Positions 37,252 through 51,034 of a stretch of 64,000 nt of DNA are shown one piece after another. Origin of the DNA: Trichosphaerium sp. ATCC 40318 (taxonomy: Eukaryota > Protista > Tubulinea); contig JALMLS010000065.1 of the NCBI GenBank assembly GCA_038496445.1, positions 248,001-312,000 of the forward strand, given 5' to 3'. The translations under genes and the position numbers were made by a program. Positions within the stretch are counted from its first letter, which is position 1. Each line of letters begins with the position of its first letter. A model generated the notes under the pieces. That model made no database searches, was not told the origin of the DNA, and saw only the letters and a list, made by a program, of their open reading frames with translations.

Positions 37252-39547
37252 TTATTGAATATCAACATTTGTTTTGCACGGTCCAGTATACGTCTTACAT
37301 GGATAACCTATTTTTCATACGTTAACACCACATGCTAAACGACAATATTTTTTTCTTCTTTTTTTTCTATGTCTATTCTGTTTGGTTTTTGCGTACCAGG
37401 GCATCCTTGTGACGTGCAATTACCAGAAGGAGGTAATCCAGGAAGTATTGAATCATATAGAGACTGTGAAGTAAAATCACTTGGCGTTAAGGATGAGATT
37501 TGTGTATCAAAATCATATCCGCAGATATCTCCAAGATTGAATGCTCCTACTATACATGGACGTGGTAGGAAACCTTTTGATTGTATATCTGCCTTTCCTA
37601 TATTCTGTGGATCGTTATCGTTTACTTTAATATTAGGAGAAGCAACAAAGTTATTCCAAACTTCTTTCCAGTTTGCGCCAGCACGTGATCCTAGTGAAGA
37701 AAAAATCAGAAAAAAAAAAGAAAGAGTTTCACAAGTTTATTAGTTTTTCTCGTACCATCTGTTAGTACACCTCCTGTATCTCTCATATCTGGTTGATGGC
37801 ACTCAGCTTCGCCGTCCTATAGGTTTTTGGTGAGTTATGATTTTAAAGAACGAGTAGAGACATACTTGACAAGGAGCATTGGCGTTATTTCTGTTTGTTC
37901 CACGCCATCCCCAGCCTACCCATGAGATATCGTATTGTTCAGCCATGTTGACAATATTGTAAACAAAATATTCTGCATGAGCGAGATCGTTACATCCTCC
38001 GTTTCCTCGGCAGGCAGTACCGCCACTTCCTAGACCAAAAAATATTAAAACTAATGTGCTTTTAAAGTTGTCTTGTACCGCAGCAGTATTGACCAAACTC
38101 TGTAAATATAACAGGCCCAATCTCTTTCAGAGCAAGTGCTAGACGCAGTACACTTCTCAGTGAATGTTCTAAACCTAAGAACAGAGTTAGACATAGTAAG
38201 ATATTCCCGTAGGAGAAACCTTGAGCAAATCCTTGATAAGGATGAATGTTCCATACAACGTTATGAGGTTCAGAGCCTGCATCCGTTTTATACTGTAAGT
38301 AGAAAGCTAATCCGCTTTGTGCATCTAAAGCATACTGGTCCGCTCCTCCGATGATTACTAAGCCATCTGGATCATTTCTTTCGCAGAAAGTCAAAAAAAA
38401 GTAAAAACTCTTCGGTGTACTCACTTTCGGACAGCTGTGTACATCTCCTTCATACCAGCGTATTGAGAGTCACCACCATACCAAGATGTAAACGTTCTTA
38501 TCCACGGTTCGTTGTATAGCTCATACCTAAGGCTCTATGAGTTGAAGCAATCTTCGAAAGACTTACAGCACAAGAGGATTGTTTGCATATCTCTTTGAGA
38601 TGACATCCCACATATGGATAGCGCCTGGGTTACTTCCAAAGTTTCTCAAGGCCATAGCAGCTTGTGCTCCAGTACAACTAAGTTTTGTTGTATCCGGACA
38701 GTTCCAATGTAAGTCAATAATAACAGCAACTCCTTTCGAAGTGAAAGCAGTAACCATCTTATCAAGTATTTGCTGATATACAGTAGAGTTATTTGTATCT
38801 GTATCTGTATCGTACAAGTAACAGCTTCCGGTCATAGGCACCCTGTAACAACAACATGTGAGGTCAAAATGAAAGAAAGAAGAAAAAAGAGAAAACACAT
38901 GAAAATTCGAACCTGACGATTGGCATTTGTTTTGGTGCTTCACTATCAATAACCTTATCATAAGGAGCCTCAAAAGAGACTTTGGTAACCTTAGGGTTCT
39001 GCTGCCAATTTGTACTATTTGCGAGGTAGTTCAGTACGTTATCAACCTTAAGAAAAATGGGTGAGTCTTCTTGAAGGCAAAGTTGTTAGAAAAGTTGTTC
39101 TACATCGTAGAGCCTGAATGCACGTTACCTCTCCGTTCAATACAACGCTTCCACCAGCGGATGAAGGGCCACCGAAGCAATAGTGGTTTGCCCAATGACC
39201 TTTTTTAACTTGTAAACTTATCGCTCATACAAACGAACAATAAACCGTTCATGCTTCGTACCAGCGTAGTTATCACCCGAGTTTGGGTTATCCATACTAA
39301 CTTTGAGTTAAAATCACGTGATTGAGCGTATTTAACTTACCCAGGTTTGAGCATATACTCCGTACATGTTAAACCGATGCCTTTGAAGCGCAATTTAGAT
39401 GTTTGTTTATTTTTTTTTATTGTACTCTCACGTGCCTTTGAATTTTACCCATTGATTGTTGTAGTATATTTTATTGCCTTTAGTGATGAAGGCAGAATAT
39501 GCCGAAGAAATAAACAACGCACACAGAAGGTACGAAGTGATTTTCAT
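37252..39547 (-). CDS. Secreted GH5 (cellulase-family) glycoside hydrolase with Cys-rich C-terminus, spliced
   Basis: Signal peptide, FKGIGLTCTEY, VIIDLHW, YELYNEP (acid/base), IHPY, IFTEFG (nucleophile), SWVGWGW. Confidence 0.9.
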
Positions 39548-39678
39548 TTTGCTAACAAGTAGGAAAATAACAAAGCACGTTCCTTACTTAATCACGCTTT
39601 AAGGCAATCCTTGAATAAGTGTACTAAATTGAGGTCGGTGTATTACAACAGAGGTATTGTTCATTTCATATCACAGCG

Positions 39679-41418
39679 TTAAGTTGACTTCATTGAGAAC
39701 AAATCTTCTTCTTCTGCGCTATTGTCATTTACATTTTTTAAACTGACTCTTTTCTTTTTCAATTCTTCAATTGCTTTCTTCATACTGTCAATGTCCCTTG
39801 ATTTTTTTTGTCGTATCTCTTTATCTATTGCTTGAGGTGTATGTAAGAACTCAACAGCTTTTCTTGATCCTTCAACAAACTTCCTTGAACGATTACACAT
39901 CTTCCTTTCATACACCTTAAAAGCAGCTAATACATCACCTATAACACTTATCAAAACAACATCAAGTGTTTGTTGGGACTTTTTTACTTCGGGGCTTAAC
40001 AGTTTTTGAAACAACTCACACGCACCTTTAGCCTCGTCCAAGCAATCAACTAGTAATTTAGCATCTTGTAAAGCGTTGTTCGCTCCTTGACCTTTAAAAG
40101 GGCTCATGGGATGAGCTGAATCGCCCAGTAAAGTAACTCTACAAGTTGACCAAGGCTATCACAATTTAGAAGCTATAAATAAACCAGTACTGAACTTGTA
40201 TTGGATCTCTATCATAAAGACATCCTCCTCTCATGCTATCGCTAGGTGTACTCGCTATAAGTTTCCGAACCTCTTCAATCCATGTATTAACCTTTCTATT
40301 GTAGAGGAAAAGGAGTCAGATGCAAGCCCAACAAAGCGATTTTGTGAGGTTTTTTTGTACTCTTTTGCAATGGCCAAACATTGTTCATTATTGTTAAGTG
40401 TGTCGCCTTTGCTTTCGTCAAGGTGAAATGTGAGCTATATGATCTGTTAGCTCACAGTAGATTTTCTTTCAAAATTGCAAATCACGTGCCTGCCACATGA
40501 CACTATCTTTTTCAAAGGGTTTTGTAAATAATCTAGTTTTGCCATCAAGCACTTGAACAACACGATCTACAAACATAGGTTCCTTACAATCACAAATACC
40601 GTTTATCATGTAAACTGAAAAAAAAAAACCAAAATAAGAATAAAATAAGTATGTCCTTTTTTTTACCGCCTAAGTACTTGAGATCATCATTCAACAATCT
40701 ATACCTAATTCTTGATCGTATGCCATCACACGCAATCAATCCTTAACTTAGTTAAATCCGATTGTAGGCATCTCAGTCAAGCACCATCACAGTTAAAAGT
40801 TGATCCATCTTCAAAAGTAACTACTACGCCATCATCTGTGTCTTTTATATCTGTATAGGACATTCCCCAATTGACAACATCCTTGGGAAGTGCTTCAATC
40901 ATATGATATCTTAATAATTGCCTTGGAATAGGCAGGTTGTGTTTGGTACGCCAACCACTTTTGGCTCTATTTACACCCTAGTTTTGTTAATGTTTATCTA
41001 TTTTCTCAGCCCTCGTGCCTTCCCAAAGAGTAATAATGTTTCTCCTTCATAAGTCAACGTCTCGTGTTGCGCACAGCGTCTAAATTGTTCTAAACGAAAT
41101 CAGGAGGCCAGAAATTTGGCTTTTTTCGTTGAGATGACGCACTTTGTACTTTATTGCCTAATCCAATGTGTTTTAGTACTTTCATGCCCTGCTGGATAGT
41201 CAGGCTGTATCCTAGATGGTTGGTTATTGAATTTAAGAGCGTTAATATATTAATCTGCACATATACGCGTTCTACATGCCTTGGGGTCTATCAGCGAAAG
41301 CTTTATCGCGTTCAAAGACGGAAACGTCGTAATTGTGTTTAACAAGGTTTAATGCAACTGCCAAGCCACCAATACCACCGCCAATGACTGCAAACCGTAG
41401 TTTCCTCTTTTCCTCCAT
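39679..41418 (-). CDS. FAD-dependent monooxygenase (aromatic hydroxylase class), 8 introns
   Basis: VIGGGIGGL (Rossmann), [12 protein letters not shown] (DG motif), [19 protein letters not shown] (GD motif). Confidence 0.9.
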
Positions 41419-41563
41419 TAACAATAGGATACACAACGAGTTTTTACGTAAAAACAGTTTGCTGAAAAGCGAATTATTTTATTTTAAGTTTCCTCAAGAC
41501 TTAACACTTTTTACTCGCAGAGCCGTTTGTTATAGTAGTAAGCATAATGTCATTTATGGAATT

Positions 41564-42601
41564 TTATGTTTCTTCTCCTTTTTCTTCGTTTTCTTGAGCA
41601 TGTTTTTCGTCCTAAAGGAAAATGTCAAAAAAAATTTTGACTTGTGTCACGTGATATTCTGTGCGTACCCAAAACAAGGGGTGATATTTTATAAGTGTAT
41701 GTAATATATCTTCTTCCTTGAGCATGTACTTTTCTATTTCATTCTCTGTTAACGACCTATAACATTTATCAACTATCACGTGATACAAATCGAGGGTTTT
41801 TTTTCCGTGTTAAACATACGGTTTACCACTTTTTTCGCTGCCTAGACTCTCAGATTCAGTAATTGTTTCAGGATCTCCTAGAAGTAGAGGTGCAAAAGCC
41901 TCTGCAAGACTTCTTGCGTTCATTTGATTATATTTCGCTTTCTTATCTATTTCATGAAGAAGACTACTCAGCGCTTTGAATGTCGCTCTATTATCCTCAG
42001 GTAGAAGTGTCAAAACTTTCTTCAATATTTCTGTTCGATTATCAATCGGTACTGTCCCTAAAAACGAAAACCACAGTTAGCAACAAACCAAGAAAAAAAC
42101 TTTAAAAAAAACAAAAAAAAACCAGATATTTTGTCTCATGCCTTGTGCCGCCATCCAACACCCGAACAAATGATGCTCAGTGGCCAGAAGAGGATTTCTT
42201 AGCTCTTTAAAGTACAGTTTGATAACGTCTGCGGCTAAATAGGGCGATGCAAGTTTATCTAGTTTAGCAGTTGATCCTATACCATATTATCGTTTTAATG
42301 CTTATGACGCGACACTTATAAAGTATATAGAGTGTTAGAAATATCATTCGTACCTTTGTTAAGATCATGTAACACAGCTTTTATTGATTTAGGCTTCTCT
42401 ACGCTCTCAACCATAAATATACCTTCAGATTTAAGTCCTAATATCGCTTTTAGTAAAACACGTGACGAAAATCGTTTATACCATGTTTTCGGATATATTC
42501 AATCGCAAGCGTAACGCACGTGGGTACTATACCAGCTTTCTATAAAATCATCAATAAAAAATTAAATCGTGGCGTTATACACTACGTACGTTTTCTGCCA
42601 T
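41564..42601 (-). CDS. RhoGAP-domain protein, spliced
   Basis: GLKSEGIF, ADVIKLYFKELRNPLL, LLPEDNRATF, NQMNARSLAEAFAPLL. The usual arginine finger (EGIFR) reads EGIFM. Confidence 0.85.
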
Positions 42602-42777
42602 AGCGGCGTAAAGTGCTTTTAACGCAAACTAATAATTTGAACAATGTAGCCTTAATTAAGTTAAGCACACTTTATTCGTTTACAAATGTGGTTCCGTTAA
42701 GCGTTTTTTGCATGTTAACGCAACAATGGTTCAGTTTTGGTGATGTACTATGTCCATGTTAATTAGTCTATCTCGTT

Positions 42778-43340
42778 TTACAGTACTATAGTTTTATGCT
42801 GGAGTTCATCCTCACGCCAATATTTTATCTCTCCTGTTTGCTTTCCATCAACATAAAATCGTTGAATTCGTAATTGGCCATCGTCATGCCAACATGTTTC
42901 TTCTCCGTGTTGAACATTGACAAAAAAACATCGAACTGATAGTTTTTCATTCAAGTGCCACCACCTTGCCTCTCCGTGCTCTTTACCTTTGACATAGGTA
43001 AATTGTTTCTCTAACTGACCAGTTGAACGCCACCACTTTGCTTCTCCTTCTTTACAGCCATTGACATACAAAAAATGTGTCTCTAGTTGGCCGTTCATGT
43101 AGAATTGTTTATCTTCTCCATTCCTGATGAAAAGTTCTCTCCTTTACCATAAATGCATTGTTTCCTCAATTGCCCACTAGGAAGCCACTCTTTAACCTCA
43201 TATTTACCATCTTTAAGATTACTATATTGAATTTGTATTTGCCCATTCCTATACTTAAACTGACAAATACCTTCATCAATGTCATTTTTGATGTACAGGT
43301 ATTTACTTTTTAAATTGCCATTCTTATACCACAGGTGTGG
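42778..43340 (-). pseudogene. MORN-variant repeat gene with a frameshift near 43130 (pseudogene or read error)
   Basis: Repeats WYKNGNL, EWLPSGQL, YMNGQLE, WWRSTGQL and WHDDGQL lie in two frames. Confidence 0.7.
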
Positions 43341-43782
43341 CGTATTAGGGTAAAAAACAAAATACTAAAACTGTCGCTTTTAGTCAACATTCATAATCTT
43401 CAACAACAATTCATTCTAATTAGAGTTCTAACACTCTCAGTTTCCTTTCTTCTATCAACTAACCAAAGCACTAACTGTAGACGATGTTGGGAGGAAGACA
43501 AGTTGTCATGCTCTAGCGCAACGCCAAGCATTTGTTATATTATACAAGAACACTTGGAAAATAAAAGAAGGTTTTTTACAGTTTTTGAAAAACAAATTGA
43601 AAAGGAAATTTTAGGGTGGGATGTGGGTGATTGCTGCTCGCCATGTTGTTTATACGCTTTGTAGGTTGTTGTTGATTTATACGAAGTCAACTGAAGTTTT
43701 TCCTAACACGTGTACATCCAGAATTTTGGAGACGAAACAAATTAGTTTATTAAACTTGTTGCAAAAACACATGGTTATTTAT

Positions 43783-45877
43783 CTAATCCCTTCTATGAAC
43801 ATATACTTTTATACCTGTCATTGCCAGGTTTATAATCTTAGGAGTAGGCTTGACTTCATGTGTTGGATCAAGCGAGAATTTGAATCTTTGGAACAGCATT
43901 ATTAGCACTGTCTTTGCTTCCATTAAGGCCAGTCCTTTTCCTAAACATATTTGTGGTCCAGCGTGGAAAGGTATAAATTGGTAAGGGTGCTTAAGAAGGT
44001 GAGGATCATCCCAACGTTCTAATACATAGAGTTAATCATTTGATAGATGTTGTCATTTTGATTAATATTGAATGAAACGTGCCTGGTAAAAATTCCTCTG
44101 GTTTGTTCCACCACTGAGGGTCACGATGAGTCAAGTATTGACAGACTCGTGTCATTGTTCCCTAGATAATTGTTACGTTGGTCGTGTAAGAGCCTTGAAA
44201 AAGTTCAGCTTTTCTTTTTGATTGTGTACTGCTTTGACTTTGACTCCGCTTGGTAGTACATCATCTTTTATTGGAAATCTATGATTAATAGGTACTGGTG
44301 GAAATAATCTTAGTGTTTCTTGGATAACCTGAATAATAGATCGTCAAATTAACAAACACGAAGAAAAACAATGTACATTATGTAGTCTTGGCATATCCTT
44401 GTACTCTTTGCTTTCAGGTTCTTGTAAATTAGGAAACTTTTCATCTATTTCTTTTACTAGTTCATCGTATTTGCTTGGATTTTACAAAGCAAGTAAGTGG
44501 CCCATGACATAAGAACAGCTGTTGTATCTATAAAGTATAAGATTAGAAAATATATCATATATCTATAACAAGCCAATCAATGATAAAGTACCTCTACCAG
44601 CGATTAGGAAATTCATAAAAATATCTCGTAGGTATACATCTGCATAAGGATCACCATTTTCATCACGTAAGCACATAAAACGTGATAAAAGGTCCTTGAA
44701 TAAAGGAATAAATAAATAAAAGAAAAAACTAGGAAAAATGCCAAATGAAAAAAAAAAAAAACACTGTCGCACTGTTTTCTTGAGTAGTTCCTCACGTGGT
44801 AGTTTTTTACGTCTTGATATAAAAGAATATATATAACTTTCTATTATGTCAATATGATGGTCAAGTTCTTTAGCAGCAGAAGTAAACTATAAGGTGTATC
44901 AGCGATACCCAAAAGGAAAAAAAAAACGAAATTGTATTCGAAAACGTACACCCAAGAAAGGATTAAGGAAAGACTCTGTTACAATGTGCTGTGTCTTATC
45001 AAAAGAAGTTGAAAATTCTGGTTTATCCCGAATGGCATTGAGATCTTCTCCAAATCCCAACTTGCCGAAAGTATCGAGAGTGTATCTAAAGTACAAATCT
45101 TGGATATCTAGCGTTTTTCTGGATGTGACATGTTCGTTCAATATATCTATAACTGTGAAAGTGTTCCCTTTGAATTTCGGCATCATCTCATTAACCACTA
45201 GTTTATGAAAGAGTGGTCTAGCGGTTTTCCTTGAGAGGTTTTTATTAAAAAACAAAGGAAAAAAAGGAGAAAAACAAATCGATACAACCAAGACATTGTC
45301 TTACCGTACCTTTGTTGGCGCCAATTTTCACCCCACGCGTTGAAAATACCCCCACCAAGCCATTTAAACCAGTATTTATTATGGTTATTTCCTAGGTAAA
45401 TACACAATTACCAAAAACCGTGCGTTTGTAAAACTGTAAAACTCATCCTTACCCTCACGTGTGTAGTTCTTACTATTCGTATATAAGATATGCTTATAAT
45501 CTTCTGGATGTACCAAAATTATACTATCGTTAAACAAGTCAGAAAGGAAAATCTGAGTGCCGTACTACGAAGCTTTGTTAGAACAGATTTTTTTGAATTC
45601 GAAAGTTTTTGTCTTCGTACTTCTTTTTGTAGGTTAGTCATGTACTGGAACATGCTGTCACGGTTTTTGACTGCATCGTACATGAAACCAATAATCGGTA
45701 GACCATCAGGACCATTACAAGGTCTATTTCGCAGGCGATGCTAATTTACGAATTAAAAAGCGGAGGTTTACGTATTTCAAAGTCACATGTGAAAAATTTT
45801 ACCCAGTGTCTAGCGTAAACCATTCCAACAAGAGCAAGTGGAAGTATTATGGCCACCAAAGCCAATAAGAGTAGCAT
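43783..45877 (-). CDS. Cytochrome P450 (CYP86/CYP704-like), spliced, with one apparent 1-nt deletion
   Basis: TM anchor, NFLIAGRDTT (I-helix), ETLR, PERW and FHAGPQICLG (heme Cys). Frame breaks at the 4-nt run 44480-44483. Confidence 0.9.
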
Positions 45878-46258
45878 CGATCTTTTTAAAATGGTATTCT
45901 ACAGCAACTACTTAATCTAAGCTGCCTTAATAGTACTTTGAGGTTGTCTTCGCACTTCTTCAATTTCATTGTTTAACATACTTTCGTAGTATTAGGGAAG
46001 TGTGTATAAACCATTAGTTAGCAAAAAGAATACTAAGTAAACAAGAAATCCATTACAACTTTTCTTTTATTTAATCCCAACTTGTAAACCACGTGCTGAC
46101 TTTTGTTTATACCGAGGCATTGGAGTCGTAATAGCAGTACCACCAGAGCTCCCGAAGAGCGTTTTTTTAGAAGACTATTTTGGTTTTGCGTGAACACGTG
46201 AAGTTGGTCAATAAATTTCTCGAAAAAATAATCACGTGTGGAAAGTACGCAGTAAGCC

Positions 46259-46913
46259 ATGGACCGCGCAAAATTAAGTAGTATAAGATTTTCCTTCTGG
46301 CAAGCTTTTGGAAAAATTTGCAGGAGTTCATACAATTTATCTCAAGCGTTCAGCTTTGTCAAATAGATTAGTGAAAATATTCGCTGGTGTTCACACTATT
46401 GATCTTACTGCGAACTACGCTGTAACAGATGAAGGCATAAAGTCACTTGCTGGTGTTCATACTATTAACCTCACCTATACCTCTGTAACAGATACTATTA
46501 TCCTCCATAGATGTTATCTAATTACTGTTGAAGGAATCAAAGCACTCAAAGATGTTCATGAGATTAAACTTACCTTCCCAAAAGACTCATGGCTAAAACA
46601 CCTTTGCAATGTACACTCTGTCGCTATTTACTCTACAAAGACTCTAACAGATGATGGAATCAAAGCATTGGTAAATGTCAAATGCCTTGAGCTTTACTGT
46701 TGCCACTCACTAACTGACTTGGCTTTTGAGACATTGGTTAACCTTGAAGAACTCAGACTGGGCTTATGCGCCAACATTACAAATGGTTGTTTACAGCACT
46801 TAAAGTCTCTGAAACGTTTTATATCTTTGAACGACTGCCCCGTTACAAAAGAGGCCGTTGCGTCAATGGGTATTCAATATGAAGAAGTCAACATGAGAAG
46901 CACACTCCGCTAG
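46259..46913 (+). CDS. VHTI-type LRR protein with damaged 5' end, possible pseudogene
   Basis: AGVHTIDLT..VTDEGIKSLAGVHTI repeats. The ATG at 46259 is out of frame with the repeat ORF and no intact F-box is visible. Confidence 0.6.
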
Positions 46914-47088
46914 GTCATAAGAATGGAAAGGTTTAAACCCTTAATATGGAAAGGTGATACATTGTGTTTAATTAACTGTACTTGTCAACTGGATTGTGAG
47001 GTATCTTGTAATAAACCAAAGATTTATTAACCAGAAAAGATTTTTACAGCTCGTCAATACTTCCGACTTTTTTGCCTTTTCCAAGCGA

Positions 47089-49395
47089 TTATTTTGTTTT
47101 TATTTTGATAGTATTTTTTGATGAGGACTTCCATTGTTCGACATTAAGGTAAAGGTATGTAATAAAAAACATTACAAATGAAAATGTAGTAAACATTAGT
47201 GCGTATATATGTGGATAACGCTCTGGAGGTGGTATAAATAATTCCATTAGATGCATAGCAGCCATACACAATAATCCTAACTGAAACGACAAAAAGTTAA
47301 AAAAACGGAATTAAATAAGAAAAGAAAAATGAAGTCTACGCAGAACGTACGGTGAACCATAGTTTTTTTAAATTTAAGAATGTATATACTGATATTATAT
47401 ATATTGTCATAACAGCTATATAAGCAAGTTGTAGTTTATCCTTAGCAAGTTGTGGGTACATACTAAAAAAATAAAGTAAGAATCACTTCGAAGTTGTTGA
47501 CTTTGCTACACGGTGAGGCCTATGAGAAAAAGGTGCGTTTTAACACGAGACAGGTACCTGAGATGTTCTGGTCAAGAAATTTCAGATTAAAAGTAAGAAG
47601 TGGGGAAGTACACAAGTCTAAGAAAATACTTTGTAAACCGTTTTTTTCTGGGGTTTTTTGAAAAATAATTTGTTGCTTTACCTGAAAGTAGATACAATAC
47701 CCATCCATGTGGCGATATTAGGATAATATATTGTGAGAAGAAGTAGTGGTACAATAGGTTGTATGATTGTTTTTTCGTGAACTTGAAGTGAGAAAAAGAA
47801 AAATGAAAAAGAGCAGTTCACCAATGAAAGAACAAAATTCTTGAAAGTGGGCCATCTCAATACGACAATATTTGAAGGCATAGTTCCAACAAGAGTAACA
47901 CCAACGCTACCAATTAAAATAAGTTCAAAACAGCAAATCTAAGCATATGTTCCAGGGAAGGAAAACGCACCAAATTTTAATCAGAGTAGGTAACTCAAAG
48001 ATTTGCTTCGCTTTGAAAACAGGCTCGATGGAGCACCATAAATTAGCTACTTTGTCCTCATATAGACCTCTACCCACTGGAAAAATACGTTGCACTACCT
48101 AAAGTGTGGACTATTAGTAAAGTAAACGTGGCACCAAATGACGTACATCAAGTGCCGTTTCGGAATTTTTTAAGAAAGGAATCCAAGTCACAATAAACGT
48201 GCTTATAACTACTACACCGATTGCTATAACGTTCAATAATCCATAACATCTATGATTATTATTTATTAATACGCGGGAGTCTAAAGAACTCAAAGTTTGT
48301 TGTACCTCTGAGATGATGACATTTTAAATGACGAAAAAATATTCTTACCAAGTAGGTAAAAGAAAAAAGTTAAGCTGTAGTATAAGTTCATTATTTTGAA
48401 GTTAATAGCCAATACGAATAGAATACTAGCGTTAAGATCAGATCCATCCATTATAAATTTAATAGACCAAATAAGAAGACCAAGACTGACTGTATTGTAT
48501 CTCAAAGAGTTAAAGAAGTTTGGAAACATCATAAAAAAAAAGAAGTAAGGAAGAATGTTTTCGGATACTGAAAGTGACCGTGGTCAATAAGAATAACACC
48601 TGGATAAAGCAATATTAGTAATACAGCTACTACCTATAATAAAAGGGTAAGTGACATCACAAGAGATGCAACAGTGATCATGTACGTGACCTTTTTTGCT
48701 TTTGATTCTTTCAATTTGTAAACAATAGCAATAATTCCAGTGAAATACATCAACACATCTGTTGCTAATACTGTCATACGCATGAACGTCTTATGTGATG
48801 GCGTTTGATATCCACGAGAAGTAAACAAAGCCATACTCTCCGGCTCAAAAAGTGCTGACCTACAAGCAATAAAAACATTCAACTTAAAAACAAGCATTTT
48901 CTCAAAATAAACTCGTTTCTACAATTAATCTAACCCACGTGCCCAAAATTGTATAAAGGTATTCGAACACGTGGTAAAAAAGTTCAAATTTTAATAAGAC
49001 TACGTACAATTTACCCAATAGCCAAGAATGATAAGCTGTAAGTGGCGGATAGTCTAAACCCCAATATTGCAAGTCATTATCAGTTGTGTTCTTGTACCAT
49101 TCGTGAATAGGTAAGTTTGTTGTCAACTCCATCCAATGACGCTGTGCTTCGTAATCTCCGTACATTGGTGGCGTATTTTCACCTTTTACACGCCATTTTA
49201 GACATTTCGCTTAAAAAAGCTTAAAAACGTACCTGAATGGCCATGCAATGCTACAAGACATCTTATGAGCACGCAGAAGAAAAAAACAGCCGTTAATGAA
49301 GGTGTAAACCCTAGAACGGCTTCTGAAGAAGTATTTTTCTTTTCTTTAGCCTTTTTATCCTTCCTAGAGGACGTGCGCCTCTTTTGAGTACTCAT
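47089..49395 (-). CDS. ALG6: Dolichyl-P-Glc:Man9GlcNAc2-PP-dolichol alpha-1,3-glucosyltransferase
   Basis: [67 protein letters not shown]. Confidence 0.95.
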
Positions 49396-49502
49396 ACGTG
49401 GTATGCTAGCGACTTTGACTTGACTTTTATTCAATTGATTTACAAACAACTGCAATGCTCTCAACATCATGCTGGAATATTTTTAGCGCGTAGAGGACGT
49501 AT

Positions 49503-51034
49503 ATGAGAGGTATTAACGGTAGAAATAAACAATAACAATCTAAACCGTATTACAAGGACACCTAACATCATATAATCTGCGAAGTGACCATATTCGTCGA
49601 TTTGGCATCAAATATAACGAAACTCAACCAGCACTTCCTCAAAGGTATTCAAAAGCGTACAATAAACGCTTCCAAACTCATCACTTTCGGTTATAACCCT
49701 TTTTGTGTAAAATAACGCTTGTTTCACAGTTTTCAAATACCACATCATGTGAAAGCCAACCAACGGCGCTGTTTGAATAAGATTGCAAAGAAATTGAACT
49801 ACAAAACATGTAGCGACTGGTACAAATGTACAACAGCTGAAATAAGAAAAAATGGAGGGCTTCACGTGCTATCAAGGTAATAAAAAAAAGCAACAATTCT
49901 TTTTTCTTCAGTTTCTAAGTTTACCAAGGTTTAACGGCTCTATATATATGGTAAGCGTTTGGTTGTGATTTATAAAGTATTGTTAATATAACTTACAGGC
50001 ATTGGCGGTATTATTTGACAAGTATAATTGGGTAGCTTGGCGTTTCAAGTGCGTTTTGGTTAAGTGAAGTTTTGTACTCTTTTTTTTCTTTTGCTTTTTT
50101 TTTTGTTCTTACTCGGGGTTTTAGGTGTGTTCCTATGAATTTCTGGGATGATTTATTGAAGCAAAGAGCATTGTTTGACGATTTGGGAAGCTCCATGGGA
50201 GTTAAATTGATGACTGATTGGTATAACATCACAAATGATGATATTGTAAAGTATAGAGGATCAGGACTTACCAAAAATAGGTATGTTTCTCGTAACATAT
50301 TAGACCACGTGACTTATATTATTTATTTTTAGATACATTGGTCTCAATGATGCACTAAGGACAATATATCCAGAGTACAATTGGTCATTCAAGTAAGTAT
50401 TTGAACACAACAATCTTTCTTTGGGACTTGTGTTCATTTTTTCATAGAAATTCCCCAGCGTTACGTTATCCTAAAGGATATTTCGCTCAAAAAGATAATC
50501 AAATAGACTTTATACGTAATTTATCGACACATTTTGACATACAAGATCCCTATGCATGGTATAACAAAGCGAAATTTGAAACTCAAAAAAAAAGATTCAA
50601 CAAAAAAAAAGTCAAGATGACAAGTCTGGTCTCCAGGCGATTTTCTATGTTGCCAAATCCATATATCGCTTGTTGAGCGTTTGTAGATTAGGCAGTGTAG
50701 AAAGCTGACAAAATCTGTTTATTGACTAAGCTCCAGTATTCGTTTTTTCATGCTTACCTTTAGTTGTTTTTTTTTGTTTTACTTCTTCCCTTAGGCAACG
50801 TGTTTCTCGCCTTGAACTCAAGGAGCTTGCTGGTAGTGGTATTTTTAAGTATTTCCCTGATATGTTGAGGTTATTTTATCCTGGATATACATGGGAATGG
50901 AGTAGATCTCCATTCAATTCATGCTTAAAAGCAAAACAAAGGTAAAAACCATGCATGTTGCTTTTCAATGAAAAACTGTGCTAACTACCCATTTCCATAG
51001 GTCTCTAGCTACATCTGCAAATAGACTCTTCTAA
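49503..51034 (+). CDS. Protein with three roughly 70-aa FW..NQ..DWY..GG..YP..W repeats; start uncertain
   Basis: Spliced exons give NQRRCL..SDWY..NGG..FDKYNW; FWDDLLKQR..TDWY..RGSG..IYPEYNW; YFAQKDNQ..YAW..AGSG..FYPGYTW. Confidence 0.65.
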
